A stretch of 63,110 nucleotides of DNA, the filler included. It is 13 parts of 13 records of this genome, joined end to end, with 100 filler letters (N's around TTAATTAATTAA, not from the genome) between each part and the next. Parts side by side here need not be neighbours in the genome. Positions count along the whole stretch, not along the records: positions 23,367 to 28,086 come from SRR15195285_584; positions 28,187 to 33,122 come from SRR15195285_585; positions 33,223 to 36,667 come from SRR15195285_588; 10 more parts are not named here. The stretch is one strand, 5' to 3'. Every line of letters begins with the position of its first letter. Within the stretch, counting starts at the first letter, position 1. The notes below the pieces were generated by a model, which saw only the letters and a list, made by a program, of their open reading frames with translations, was not told the origin of the DNA and made no database searches. The translations under genes and the position numbers were made by a program. Shown here piece after piece: positions 23,861 to 36,400 of this stretch.

Positions 23861-25519
23861 ATGCGCGCCAACTCCTCGCCAAGCCGCGGCGAGCTGCTGC
23901 GGAGCGGCGGCAGCGGTGGCGGCGTTCTGGGCCTGAGCTCGCCACCGTCCACGCCTCGCACGCTGGCGGAGCAGCAGGGCGTTGCGGCGGCTGGTGGAGC
24001 GGGAGCGGCAGCGGCCGCAGAAGCCAGCCGCGCGGCAGAGTTGCAGAATAGCAGAGTTGCAGCACTGCAGAAGCCGTCTCATGATGGCTCCGAGTCGACA
24101 GCGGGTGCATACTTTGAGCCCGAACCACAGGCCGCGCAGGCTGCTGGCAATCTAGCTATCAATCACTCGGAGCGGAACGACTACTGCGCGGAGCTATGTG
24201 CCACACTGGGCGCATTGATCGACTCGCCTGACTTGTGCGATGTCGCGTTTGTCGTCGGTCTTGAGGACGAGTCAGAGGTTGTGCACGGTGTGCGGGCAAT
24301 TCTTGCCGCACGCAGCAAGGTGTTTCGATCGATGCTGTTCGGTGAAGGCTGGCGTGAGCAGTCGGAGCGCTCTGGCAGCCGCATGCAGCAGATTGATATG
24401 CCCGATAATGGTCCAGAGGCGTTTCGTGCTATGGTACGCTACGTACACAGTGGATCGGTGACGTTTGAGCCAAGCACGGTCATGGAAGTGCTGCAGCTTG
24501 CGGATTATTTTGCACTTGACGAGCTCAAAGCCGGGTGCGGTGAGTATATCGCGAAGACGATCAACACGGAGACGGCTGCGGTGCTGTTGCAGACCGCACA
24601 CACGTTCGGCGAAAAAGTTCTCGTTGACAAGTGCGTGCAGTTTATCGAGGCTCACACCGACGCGGTGCTCGCCTCGGAAGCCTTTCGCGAAGCTGGGCTG
24701 TCGCCGGAGCTGCTTTGCACGCTACTCCAATCAGATGCACTCACATGCACTTCCGAGCTTGCTCTGTACCGCGCTACAGTCGCGTGGGGCCGGGCTTACT
24801 GCGCACGACACCCAGGCATCAGCCTAAACGACGCTCTCAGCGAGCCGCTGCGACACATTCGGTTGCCTCTGATTCCAACGTCAGGCCTGATGGGTGTTGT
24901 GCGGCCGGACGGCCTTGTTGCAGTGGATCTGCTGTTGGAGGCGCTGGCCTACCATTCGGATCCAGGTACTGTTGACGGCTCTCGGACGTGCTTTATTGCC
25001 CGCACTGGCACTCAGCTACTCGAAGTTGCGCTGCCGCAGTGGGACGCGGGTTACATGTCGTTTCTCTCGTCATCAGGCGGTCATTACTACGAGTTCTCTG
25101 CAAACCGGCGCACGGCAACAAAGGCACGAAACGATGGGACAATTCAGTCACTGCGCGCCGCTGAGCCGCTTGAGCCTGGCAAAGTGCATACATTTGCGTT
25201 TCATATTGATAAGTGGGTCGGGGGTGACATCGACGTGGGCTTTGGTGTAGACTGTGGCTCAAAACTAGCCTGGCTGCGGCAGAATGAGTGCCCCGGCGGC
25301 GACTGGGTGGTGAGCCAGCCCGCGATTTGCGAGGGAGACACGATTGTAGTAGTCGTGGATATGTTGGGCGGCACAGCTTTGTTCCGCAAACAGAATGGGA
25401 CAGTCCTTAAGACTGTCAGTGGGGTCGAGGGTGGGATTATGTACCCGGCGGCAGCATTTCGGCGAGTTGGAACGCGTGTGTCGTTTGTGGAGCCTGTGTC
25501 AGATAACGGCACAGAATAA
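23861..25519 (+). CDS. BTB/POZ-BACK protein with SPRY-like C-terminal domain (probable Cullin3 adaptor)
   Basis: LCDVAFVVG...HGVRAILAARSKVFRSMLF...AFRAMVRYVHSG...LADYFALDELK (BTB); LLQSDALTCTSELALYRATVAW...LRHIRLPLI (BACK); GDTIVVVVDMLGGTALF...MYPAAAF (SPRY-like). Confidence 0.88.
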   Translation: MRANSSPSRGELLRSGGSGGGVLGLSSPPSTPRTLAEQQGVAAAGGAGAAAAAEASRAAELQNSRVAALQKPSHDGSESTAGAYFEPEPQAAQAAGNLAINHSERNDYCAELCATLGALIDSPDLCDVAFVVGLEDESEVVHGVRAILAARSKVFRSMLFGEGWREQSERSGSRMQQIDMPDNGPEAFRAMVRYVHSGSVTFEPSTVMEVLQLADYFALDELKAGCGEYIAKTINTETAAVLLQTAHTFGEKVLVDKCVQFIEAHTDAVLASEAFREAGLSPELLCTLLQSDALTCTSELALYRATVAWGRAYCARHPGISLNDALSEPLRHIRLPLIPTSGLMGVVRPDGLVAVDLLLEALAYHSDPGTVDGSRTCFIARTGTQLLEVALPQWDAGYMSFLSSSGGHYYEFSANRRTATKARNDGTIQSLRAAEPLEPGKVHTFAFHIDKWVGGDIDVGFGVDCGSKLAWLRQNECPGGDWVVSQPAICEGDTIVVVVDMLGGTALFRKQNGTVLKTVSGVEGGIMYPAAAFRRVGTRVSFVEPVSDNGTE

Positions 25520-25811
25520 TGCCATGATGCAGCAGTTGCACTAATGTAAGCATTCAACCATCGATACGATGACAGACCGCTTGGGCGCAGCAAACGCGCC
25601 TGAGTTACGATGGTGATTGGCACGATCGTACACTCTTACTCATGAAGACCTGCAGCATCAAGCCTTGATGGCCATCGATGCTGGGACTTCGGCTCGCGCC
25701 AGCTCCGCTTTGTCCAGTTGCGCGCCCCGTACTCAGAGTAAGATACGAAGAGTGCCGTGGAGAAGTATACTCGCCCGTTCGTTGACGTCAGCTGAGAATC
25801 TACCAAACTTG

Positions 25812-27947
25812 TCACACCGGACGCTTCGATTTCCTTGCCGTTCGTCCGTGTTTGGTCGATCGACGTTTTGCGGATCCCTTCTCGCTCGGGCGTTTGTTCT
25901 GACTGTAAGCATGAGTCGTACCAGCGAAGCGCTGCCGTGCTTGCTCAACGACTCCTAGAAGCTGTTCGCGAAGTGTGGATATATCGGTCATCCGGCTGAT
26001 AGGCTGGTAGCAGTAGGGTCCTCCACGTTCATCAGCTAATTGCAGCTGCCCCGCCTGGCACAAATCGTTGAAGACACACTTTTAGTCGTGCCAGCATGTC
26101 AAGTAATTGCGTACGTAGAGATGATAATTAGAAAATGAACACTGCAGTGGTATCTTGGATTGCTCACCAGGTGCTCGGCATGCTCCAGGGCACTGAACTG
26201 CTCGTGTGGCGTAGCAGCAGTTGCAAGAGCGTATGCAACAAACGATAGCTGCGCCTTGATATTGTCCCCTTCTGGGTCAGCCTCGACCGCTTGCTGCACC
26301 AACTCGGTGGCCAGCTCCATCGCCTTACTACTCTCACGCATGCACACGCATCCTGCCGTCAGTAGGAATGGGAATGCAAGCTTGCTGATGCCAGCGAGGG
26401 GTGACAAGAACTGATGTTCATCGAGTCCACGGTGCACGAAACCCCACCGATTCCCAGCCCATGCCTTAGCCATCATCAGCTCTTCTGAATAGCTCGCGAG
26501 CACCGATGACAGCTGAGCCGGAGCGAGTAGTCCTTCCGAAGCCCAGCGTCCGTAGCACCGTGCCGAATCTTCATACCTGCAGCCACGGTTAGGCATAACA
26601 CACGAGGTTGCACGTGAGTGCCTTGCTATTGGTTTCTAAGACGTACGGAGCTGCACCTGTCTAGACGGCCTCATTCTGCAATGGCGAGATGAGCGTACAA
26701 CTGTAATGTGTTCATTGCGCTGTTGCCTGCATGCTGCTGCCGCTGGGCGCTGATAGCTGCCAGATGCGACGAGCACGCGAAGTTGAAGCTGTTGATCTGG
26801 CAAGCCTGATCTGCGAGCTCCGCTGCCTTCGCAAGCAGCTCCTCAACCTGTTCACCGCCATCATCTCCCTCCTTCAGCAGCTTTCTTGCACGCTTAAGAG
26901 CACTGACAGAACTTGAGTAGGCTTTTGATGCAGCCCCGTAGACATCGGCGTGACAGCGACCCATGCCTGATTCAACGTTGGCCTGCCCACCGACGGCTAC
27001 GGTATCGTCAAGGTTTATCGTAGCGTGATACCAGTTGCAGGGAATGAACATTGTATCCCCGGGTCCCAACACAACCACGCGCAGAGCCCGCGCTGCCTCT
27101 GGTACCATGCGCCAGGCGTCGCTTGCGTGCTGCCGCAGAAACTGCCTCGTAGCAGGCAGAAAGAGTGTACTCAGGATCTCTTCGAACCATGGCTCCGGAC
27201 GCAGCCAAGACTCACTGGTGTTGGCAGAGAGTGGAGGTAGCAGGAGGAACACCTTCCGTCCGACTACAACAGTTTGCCAAGCCGAGGCATGATTGTGGAA
27301 CGGCAGGCCTTGTCCTGCAGCCCCAACACTAACCACCGTGTCGTTCAGGCCCGCCCGAGCAAACACTGGCGGAATCGACCAGTCGTGCGCCTGTCCTAGG
27401 CCTTTGTCAAATAGTAGGCCTTCGCGACCCGCCGCCTCTTCCGTTCCCATTGCTGTCAAGTACGCACGTACGGTTGTGCTCCGCGCCAATATCCCGAACT
27501 GATTGCCGCCGCCGGCCCAGCGTGCCTGCCGCCGCTTGTCCCCATGCAGCTGAGCGAACTGCGCCTTCGTGCCCCACCGCTCTGCAGCGCTCCAATTCGC
27601 CGCCGCGCCGCGGATGTGCACCGGCACCGAGCCACGCAAATGCTTCGCCTCAAATCCGGCATCACTGCACACGCAGCAATGCGGTCCCCACTCAACTGTA
27701 TGCGGAGGGATCGCCTGATCACTTCTCACGTTCCAAAGTCAAGTATATGGGCGGTAAGGAAACGCCAGCTTTTCCCGTCCCAGCTACGATGCGGCATATG
27801 GAGAGCGCCGGCCACTCCCACTCACCTGAGCGCGGCGATATCAACCTCGTCCACAGCAGCCCCAGCCACAGGTAGCTCGATGTCATCGCCCAGCCGCCAG
27901 CCGCCGTCGGCATGGAGCAGCAGCACCGTCGTGATGAGGGAGAGCAT
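25812..27947 (-). CDS. JMJD8-like JmjC/cupin protein with signal peptide and helical C-terminal extension (multi-exon)
   Basis: First exon MLSLITTVLLLHADGGW...DIAAL splices (AG|GTGAGT...GTGCAG|T) to SDAGFEAKHLRGSVPVHIRG. SVGAAGQGLPFHNHASAWQTVVVGRKVF and PGDTMFIPCNWYHATINL are present. Intron about 26577-26697 (GTACGC...CTGCAG) continues the frame. The last exon is less certain. Confidence 0.8.
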
Positions 27948-28186
27948 GGATCAGTGCAGCAGCTACTGCGACACTGACACAGCGCAGCGGTCCCAGCCGT
28001 CCCACTGCCGCCAGCGTCGGTGGCACTACTGAAGCAACTGCATGATCATGTGTACACACCCCCGCAGGAGTGCCAACAGTCCCGTTNNNNNNNNNNNNNN
28101 NNNNNNNNNNNNNNNNNNNNNNNNNNNNNNTTAATTAATTAANNNNNNNNNNNNNNNNNNNNNNNNNNNNNNNNNNNNNNNNNNNN

Positions 28187-28521
28187 TCAGCGGTGACTTG
28201 TCGTGCATCTACCCGGAGGGGCTAGTGTTTGTACACAGCGACGGTACACGAGTCGCACATGAGACTATCGATGCGGACCAGTGCGTGAGGCACCTGGACA
28301 TGATGCACACAAACCTGTGTGCAGACGTGGAGGCACTCCGCAAGCACGCACTGACCATCGCCCGGCGCAAGCCAGGTGACCGCGGTGCGGTGCTGCCGCC
28401 GCGCAAGGGACTGACAACTGCAAGCGCTACCGGAGCACCGTGGTGTGACCACTGCTCGCGCGACCATGCCAGGCCTAGGCTCCACGCTCATCAACACGAT
28501 CCGCGACGGCCGCCCGGCTAG
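28187..28521 (+). CDS. 5'-partial ORF fragment of unknown function
   Basis: Open from the contig start to TAG at 28521; no confident domain. Confidence 0.25.
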
Positions 28522-29150
28522 GGCCACAGCAGCAGAGGCTACAGTCGAGCGTCGAGCGTCCCCACGTCTCCGCCGGAAGCGGCCATCGTAGCTAGATTGA
28601 GTGCGAATTTGTATGTGTTTTCGTGTATTTTCGTGAATTTTCGCTAAGTCAAAATGAATCCCGACTTCGAAGCCATATCCTGTCCATTAGTATTAGTATC
28701 GACGGGATTCCGGGACAATGTTAGTTTTGCGTCTCAGTGCTCTCACCTTCCAAACCCGTACTGGTACAATTATAGGATTCGAGTTAGGTGTTGTATAGCA
28801 TTCGTATACAAATGCATAGCAGTTGGTACTAAATAGTACAACTATAGTACCCACTCTCTACATGTAGAGCAGCTACTACCAGGTATTCATACTATGTACT
28901 ATGATAGTACCTTAAGGTAGTATAGAGAGAGCTAGCTTAAGCTGGTCTGCGCCGGAATTCCAGCTAATTCGGCGCTTGCCACGTCCGCAGGCAGCCAACC
29001 CGCATCGCCGCCCAGCGCTGCCGCCCTCAGCATGGGAGCGCCAGCAAACTTCTCCGGCAGCAACACGAACAGCAGCGCAGCCCCTTTGGGTGTCCGGTCG
29101 GATGCGCTTGTCACTGGTGCGTGAGCCGTGCGCCAGCGACGCTGGCCGCC

Positions 29151-31502
29151 ATGCCGATGAAGGGCCAGCAGTTCTCCAACCCGATGCACGGCGTCGGGGA
29201 CGGCTTGGAGACGGAGATGCTTCCTAGTGGAACAGAAGGCTCTGCAGCAGACGCTCACGTCGTGGCGTCAAAACCGGTGCGAGAGGCGCTAGAGAAAGTG
29301 AGCGAAGCCAAGACCGAGGCGCTGGCTCAAGCATCGTCGGCCAAAAGCCACATCGTCCGTGAATCGAAGACGATCATAGAGCAGCAGCAGACGCACGGGG
29401 TGGACCCGAAGGTGGAGGATCCTTTTGTCCCACACGCCGACCGAGACATGACGGACCACAAGTCCAAAGCAAAGTTCAAGGCCTTCGTGCGGGAGACAAT
29501 GCTAGAGCGGGTGGTCTTCGGGACGCGAGACCCGACTGCCGAGCACGCTATGGTGGAGGCGATCTGGACTGGAGAAGCTTTCGACAGCGACAAGAAGATC
29601 TCGCACCCGAGTGGGCTGTGGAACGGATTGCTGTACCCGGAGTCTAAGATTCGGCTGTGGTACGATGCAGTTCAAATGGCGGCCGTCTGTGTCACGTCCG
29701 TCTTGGTTCCATGGCGGCTCGCCTTCGACGAAACACCCGCGCCGGGGTCGACAGAGTTCGCTGTCGACGTGATGATCGACTCGTTGTTCTTCTTCGACAT
29801 TTACCTTAACTTCTTCAACTATTTACGCAACGAAGCCACAGGGCAGTTGATTACAGACAGACACGTTATTCGGCGAAAGTACTTATTCGGGTTTTTCGCT
29901 CTGGACTGCATCGCTTCCAATCCTTTGGACTACATTCTTCTCTTGAGCGGAGATAAAGCCTCGAGCGAGGAGGCGCGGAATATGCGGCTGTTGCGAATTA
30001 TGCGCATCTCGCGGACTTTGCGGTTAACCAGGCTGCTGCGCCTGCTGAGAACTTCAAGGTTGCAGGCACTGACCGACCATATCCACAATAAGCTAATATC
30101 GTGGCCTGCGGCCCGGATATCGTACAAGATGATTGGGCTGTGGCTCCTGATCTTTGCAGTCGGACACATTATCGGCTGCTTCTGGTTGCATCAAGGGATT
30201 GTTCACGCTGGTTCGCCGCCACACGGATCTTGGATTGACCACCGCAACTGGTACAAGCACGAGAGTGCCTGTGAGCCAATCGATTCACTAGATAACCCAG
30301 AGCTAGATGTCATTGCTCCAACCCCGAGCTTTCATGTTTACCACGAATGTATCGATACCGACAGAATAACCAAGGGCCACATGTACATGGAGTCGCTGTA
30401 CTTTTCTATTGTAACGATGACTTCGGTAGGCTATGGCGACATCACGCCCCGCTCTAGCAACGAGAAGTTTTGGTGCACTCTCATGATGGTCCTCGGTGGT
30501 TTCGTCTGGGCGATCGTGATTGCGGTCTTTTCTGAGACATTGGCTGGAATCTCTGAGCACGACCGCTTATACGAGAACAAGCTGCGTCGCGTTGCGACCA
30601 TGCTAAAGTTTTTGGGCGCAAGCAAGGATTTGAAGAAAAAGATCATGCGGTTCTATCAATTTCGTTTCCGGAAGCGCAGATTCTTTGAGGACCGAATGTT
30701 CAACGAGCTTCCCCCGCGGCTGCGGAGGGAGTTTGTGGCACTTCGCTTTTCGGAGGCGCTGTACAAAGTTCCTTTCTTTCGCAACTGCAATGACGCGACC
30801 TTGATCAAGATCTGCACCCATATGCAGTCCTTCAGCGTCTTCGAAGGGGAGGTCATTATTGAGGAGGGTGACTCTGATCGTGATCTTTTTGTGCTCGAAA
30901 AGGGTCGCGCGGAGGCGTACGTGGGAAACAAGATGGAGCCTGTGGAATTCCTTCCAGAGGGGTCCTTCTTCGGTGAGATGTCGTTCTTCGGCTTAGCTAC
31001 AAGCCGAGCCGCAACCGTTGTCGCTGCCACGTACTCAGAGCTATCTTGGCTCTGCTACGAAGACTTCAGCGAGGTTCTAGACGGTGACGTTGCGCTTAGG
31101 AAGAGGATGCATGACTTTGCAGCGTTGCGACAAGCCGTATATAAGCTGGGACTATCGGACGATCTGAACACCATCTCTGATGATATCACTTGTGTCGACG
31201 AGGCAGAAAAAACTGAGCTGGGATCCGCAGTCCGACAAAAGGTACAGGAGGCGTACGAAAAGATTCAAAGTGTTTCGCTCGACCCAAATGCTGTCGCTGA
31301 CAACGTTGACGGCGAAGACCGCCATGCCTTTGTTGTCTCTGAGCAGGAGCAGCTGCGAATGCGAATGCAGCAAGTAGAGTTATCTGTCCTCAGAATGCAC
31401 GAGTTGATGGGAGCCATGGCAGAAAAAGTAGGCGTCGACAAGGAGGTGATCCAGGCGCAAGGGCCGAAATTGGTGGATTTTCGGGCGCCAGTAGTAGTGT
31501 AG
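29151..31502 (+). CDS. Cyclic-nucleotide-binding-domain K+-type channel (HCN/EAG/CNG superfamily), intronless
   Basis: LLYPESKIRLWYD (S1); Arg-rich S4 RLLRIMRISRTLRLTRLLRLLR; pore YFSIVTMTSVGYGDITP; C-linker ELPPRLR; CNBD VPFF...GSFFGEMSFFGLATSRAATVVA; C-terminal coiled coil. Confidence 0.95.
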   Translation: MPMKGQQFSNPMHGVGDGLETEMLPSGTEGSAADAHVVASKPVREALEKVSEAKTEALAQASSAKSHIVRESKTIIEQQQTHGVDPKVEDPFVPHADRDMTDHKSKAKFKAFVRETMLERVVFGTRDPTAEHAMVEAIWTGEAFDSDKKISHPSGLWNGLLYPESKIRLWYDAVQMAAVCVTSVLVPWRLAFDETPAPGSTEFAVDVMIDSLFFFDIYLNFFNYLRNEATGQLITDRHVIRRKYLFGFFALDCIASNPLDYILLLSGDKASSEEARNMRLLRIMRISRTLRLTRLLRLLRTSRLQALTDHIHNKLISWPAARISYKMIGLWLLIFAVGHIIGCFWLHQGIVHAGSPPHGSWIDHRNWYKHESACEPIDSLDNPELDVIAPTPSFHVYHECIDTDRITKGHMYMESLYFSIVTMTSVGYGDITPRSSNEKFWCTLMMVLGGFVWAIVIAVFSETLAGISEHDRLYENKLRRVATMLKFLGASKDLKKKIMRFYQFRFRKRRFFEDRMFNELPPRLRREFVALRFSEALYKVPFFRNCNDATLIKICTHMQSFSVFEGEVIIEEGDSDRDLFVLEKGRAEAYVGNKMEPVEFLPEGSFFGEMSFFGLATSRAATVVAATYSELSWLCYEDFSEVLDGDVALRKRMHDFAALRQAVYKLGLSDDLNTISDDITCVDEAEKTELGSAVRQKVQEAYEKIQSVSLDPNAVADNVDGEDRHAFVVSEQEQLRMRMQQVELSVLRMHELMGAMAEKVGVDKEVIQAQGPKLVDFRAPVVV

Positions 31503-31553
31503 GCAAATACTAGTGCAATGAACACTGATTCCATCTATCGGCCAGGATAGACG

Positions 31554-32937
31554 CTAGACTTCCACCTGCTGACCCACCAGCTCGACATTTTGAGGCTCAG
31601 GTTCAGGCTGCATCAAGGATTGCTCCGTTGCTACTGCGGCAGCCTGCTTGGCTGGCCGCTTGCCTTCTGCCTCGGCATCCTCAGGCAACTCGTGAACCTA
31701 CGCCACGACAGGGGGGCGGCTGAATGAACTGTGATTTGTTGCGGATAGATAGACAAGTGAATATCCGGGTACGCACAGAATACAACGAAACAATGCCCAT
31801 TCGCCTGAGTGTAGTAATCGGCAGCGCGTACACTGGGTCAATTGGCTGCAGCTGCTGGTCTCCGAGCAGAGAGAGTCCAGCAAGACCAAAGAACGTGTGG
31901 AAAATATCTGGCATGTCGCCAGGGCGATCTGCTATACCTGTCATTGACGACACCGTAACGGCATGAGCACAAACTTGCATGCACGATCCGGTAGGTGCGC
32001 CCAACCAACTTGCTAGGAGATGTGCTCGTGCTAGTGCTTTCTTACCACCGTCTTCGATGTCCTGGCATCGCATAATGAAGAGCCGTAGCGCATCCTTGTC
32101 GATCCAGTGCACGCGTTCTAAGATCGAGAGCGATGAGAGCACCCACCATGAATAGCACACATCGTTCAGTTTCTCCGGCCGGCCGTTCAGACCGCCAGAT
32201 GAGGTCTGGCGCTCAGCTAGCCACCATCCGAGCAGGTCAGCGTCCTCGATGCGGTGCAGCTGTCCCGCAATCGCCAGGGCTCCCACACACGTGAATATCT
32301 GACCGGCATGCGACTCTGCACCCGGGATGGACCCAAAGCCACCATCGAAATTTGCACATTGCCCTATGAATATGCATGCCTTGTCCACATCAATGCACTC
32401 AAGCTTGTCGAGAAGCTTTAAACACTGCAGCGCGCAGTACGAGAAACGGGTGTCGATTTCTCCCCATTCGTCTCCGGCGAAAGAGCCATCCTCCTGCTGT
32501 AGTCCTGCCACAAACTTTGCAACGCGCTCTGTGTCGAGACGTTCCAGCTGATTGAATATGGCAAGCACCTGGACAGCGCTTAGTGTGTAGAGCAGATGGG
32601 GGTCGTGCCCTTCGTTTCCACCAAACCCTCCGCACTCGTGCTGGCAGCGGAACAACCACTGCAGCAGCTCCGCCTGCTCCATGCTCTCGGTTCCTTTCAG
32701 CAGGGACATGGCGGACAGCCCCCAGTACATCCCAGACATTCCAAGGTGCTCCGTAACGCAGTACTGAAAGCTGTCCTTCTTCTTCATCGCTTCGAACTCA
32801 CCATTGATATACCGAGTGTGCTTGTCAGCCATCCCATCTGAGCTCGCCTCAGGCAGCTCGCTGTCGCTCAGGGCCGCTGCACTCCGCGCTCCCACAAGGC
32901 CAACGCTCGGGGCCTCGCCCGGCGCTGTTTCAGCCAT
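31554..32937 (-). CDS. RABGGTB: Rab geranylgeranyltransferase type II beta subunit, 3 exons
   Basis: [87 protein letters not shown]. Introns near 31938-32045 and 31698-31775; the last exon ends VEV* at 31554. Confidence 0.96.
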
Positions 32938-33474
32938 CCTGGGGGCCAGCGTAGACCGTCGCCGCGCAACGAAGTCTCACGAGCGCTCCCTGGGCCTCCA
33001 GCTGCTCTCCAGCAGAGAGGTGCGCGCGTGTCCGGCGATCCGCGCGCGGCGGCGCGCGGCGCCAGCGGCTATGGTACACACTCGTACATACTAATCAGTC
33101 CAACTCAGGATCAGCGGATTCTNNNNNNNNNNNNNNNNNNNNNNNNNNNNNNNNNNNNNNNNNNNNTTAATTAATTAANNNNNNNNNNNNNNNNNNNNNN
33201 NNNNNNNNNNNNNNNNNNNNNNTTACGGGCATGTGGCGTTGGCTAAGGTATCTTCGAGAGTCCTGGATTTATTGTGTCAATGTGTAGCAAAGACGACCAC
33301 GGCTAAGCTCGGAATTCGTTTATCTTAACGATATGGAGCTACGGCAATGTTCAACCATGATAAATACTGTAGCGTGAGATATTGCTACCTTCCGAAGCGT
33401 CTATATAAGTATGCAACACTTTACGAACGGTGTCGGACGGCGCCATTCAGAGAACGAAACTAGACTCTAAAACA

Positions 33475-36400
33475 TCAACGGGTATTACACACCCGGAAGA
33501 AACGCAAATCTCGTGGTCCGAGACGCTCGCGATACTGGACTTGCTCGCTTCCACCCAAGCGCCTTACGATGGTGCTGCGCCTACTGCCAGCCGATTCAAC
33601 ATCGCTGCTAGAGATTATATCACTTGTGTGGAAGCGTCCGTCGCGCTCCCAGCTCCCATGCACTCTTTCCATCACAACGCCTCGCGTTGTATACGAATCT
33701 CCGAACACTGCTGCAAGATCAGCAGCACGGATGACGAAGTGAAGCTCCTCGGTACCATCTGGGTCCGCGCGCACGGCAGCCACAAGAACTGCCATGCTGC
33801 AATTGGCGTCCATGGAGGCATTGAAACTGCGATGGGTGCTGCTTCCTTGTGCAACGCCTTGCCTCGCGATCCAAGCTTGAGCTTGCAGAGAAGGCACACG
33901 GATAGGGCCAAATGTCCGATTCGCCGCACTACCGTTGTGAGGGATCAGATCCCGCGCACGATGACCGTGCACCAAGTAGCTGCCAGCGCCTCGTCTCAGT
34001 GCCGCTAGGCGCTGCAACCACTCACGCTCCCTACCACCTTCTGGTCTCACGAGCCAATCAACCGTTCCGCTTCCGTTGTACAGTGTGGAGGCATCATCCG
34101 GGACGCCATCGTTCGCCCAGCCCATTGCTACCCCGCTCAGAGTCTGCCACGCTAACTTCGCGGCGAGACCATCTGCATTCCCTGAACTAGGCAAAGCCAT
34201 CGAGGCGTTCGGAAAGTATTCGAGAACCTCCCTGTTTATGGTATGACAACAGCAATCGAGTAGTCGTTGCTTAGTTCGTCGTTCGCAATCAATATCACGA
34301 ACACTAATGCTGCCACATGATCACATGATCGAAGGGAAAATGGGTGTTCGGGCATTATGCAAAACGTGCAGGACATGCACTAGAACTCACCAATCGTGAC
34401 CAAACGTACCACCAAATCCGGCAAAAAATCCCCCGTTCGCAGCTGCAAACATATTGACGAAATGACCCTTTGCAGTGTAGTGTGGATCGAACGCCCCGAA
34501 GGCCAACCACGTCAAGTATGCTCCCACAGCCGACATCTCCGCCTCAGCATTTGACTCGACTGCCACCAGTGGTGGGTCGCGCGTTGTATGACTGGACTTA
34601 GGTGCCCTTGTTCCATCTCCTCTTGCTGCGGTAGACTCTTTCCACACCTTACGGAGGAGCGCAGTGTATCCTGACTCCCAATGCGAACCACCACCGATCA
34701 GATGTCCGTGCGTAGGGTCAAAGCAGCGCTCAGGAGCTGCCTCAGCAACCTGGCACAGCAATGTTAACACCCGCATAAATGTCAGCCTGGTGATCTTGCC
34801 GATGCACAGTAGCTGCAGGCAGGCGTAATTGTACCTGATCGAGGTAAACCCCGTCCATTCCAGCCTCACCGACGAGCCGTGCTCCGGTCGCTGCGGTACG
34901 ATTTTGCCAATATTGAGTATATGGGCACATCGGAGCCCAGTGTGTACCAGACAGGCCTTCGTACTCTTCGATATAATGTGGCAAGTCGTCACTGAGCGCG
35001 CCGCGTCGCTGAAACAATGGAGTAATCATCGCCTTGAGCGACCATTGGGATGCTCCAGAATCCCAGCCATTCGTACTTGTCTCGTTCAGTGAGAACACAC
35101 GTGCATTCGTGTATGGCAAACACTTGACGCCTGCCGCTTGCACAGTCTTCACGGCCTGCTGGAGCCCTCTCTGAAAACTACCGTAAACAGGGAAGTGCGT
35201 ATCCATTGCATACTCCCCCCAGTCATACCTGCACCCAGACCAATACTGTAGGTTTATCGAACGCAAATGTCGCTGGACGCAACAACTAAATGAGGGCAAA
35301 TATGGCGTGATGCGCCACAGAGATTCAATATCTGAGTGCTCATCAAGTAGATCTCTCGCACCAGTGCACTCCCAGGAGGCCAGTTAGTCCGAGCCTGCGG
35401 CGCAGCTCTGGCATTCGTCTCTGCATAATGGCAGGCTTGTGATTCGCATTCTTCGAGCGATAACAGCAGCCGCCACACACTTGTGAGAACTTGCTGCCAA
35501 GTCGTTTCTAAACGGCAATATCACCATGGCCTACGAGCGACAAGCGAAGCAATGGTGTAATGACGCATGACTGCATACACACCAGCCAGAAGTCAACTGC
35601 CGCACTGTGTCCCTTTCCCCGGTCGGGTGCCTGCACCCACTGTGGTACATCTGTGCGTTCGGTTAGTGGTCCAGAGCTGAGCCAAGTCGCATTGGCGTGA
35701 AGCGCCCAGCTGCGGTACTCTTGCGTTGCTTCCCACCAGCTGTCGCCAGGGAGTGCTCCGATGACCCAAGGAAAGCCGAGGGTGAACCCGCCCGCCTTGC
35801 GACCTCTCAACGCTACGGAGGCACCGGGAGGTGTGTAATGTAGCGCCATCGTCGCTGTCTGATCGTACTTGTTGCTCGGCGTGATGTGCGATGTAGACCC
35901 TGCTGGGTCTACGGTCCAGGTGAGTGTTTTACTGGAAGCAGCAGTATCGTGCGCGGCGAAGTAGAGCGACGTTGTGGCATTTGTTGGTCTACCATCAGCT
36001 CGCTTGGCATGTGCCATGAATTGCATTGTCGCTAGAGAAGACGGATAAGCACCGTCCCAGCCGTTGTCCGTCGGAGAGTTATACAGCGTTTGGCCAGGGT
36101 TGTCGAACGCCAGACCATACAGAAAAGGTACATAGAGTGTGTCAGCCTGAGCTATCTGCAGGCCGAGAGAAAACTCAAGGCTCCAGAGCGCGATGGCTGA
36201 TATACTCTCGGCGGATGGCACAACGACAAAGGCTGAAAGCTCAACGGTGTGCGCATTGGCATGCAGCGTCCAGTTGGCATGGACATCTACAGCTGCCCCG
36301 CTGGTGCCACTTAAAGGGATTGCACTCCAGTGGAGCGCCAGGGTACGTGTCTCATGGTCTGCTTCAACACTATGCGTGTGCGCCAGGCTCCTGCAGGGGC

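Noticed and set aside
26671-26673. In-frame TGA in the JmjC gene suggesting selenocysteine, readthrough or an alternative genetic code
   Set aside because: It falls inside a GTACGC...CTGCAG intron (~26577-26697) whose removal restores the frame. The other ORF breaks I checked are also explained by canonical introns.
28187-28521. Possible degenerate non-LTR reverse transcriptase fragment (VRHLD resembling xYLG)
   Set aside because: Only one weak motif and no YADD core; cannot be supported without a profile search.
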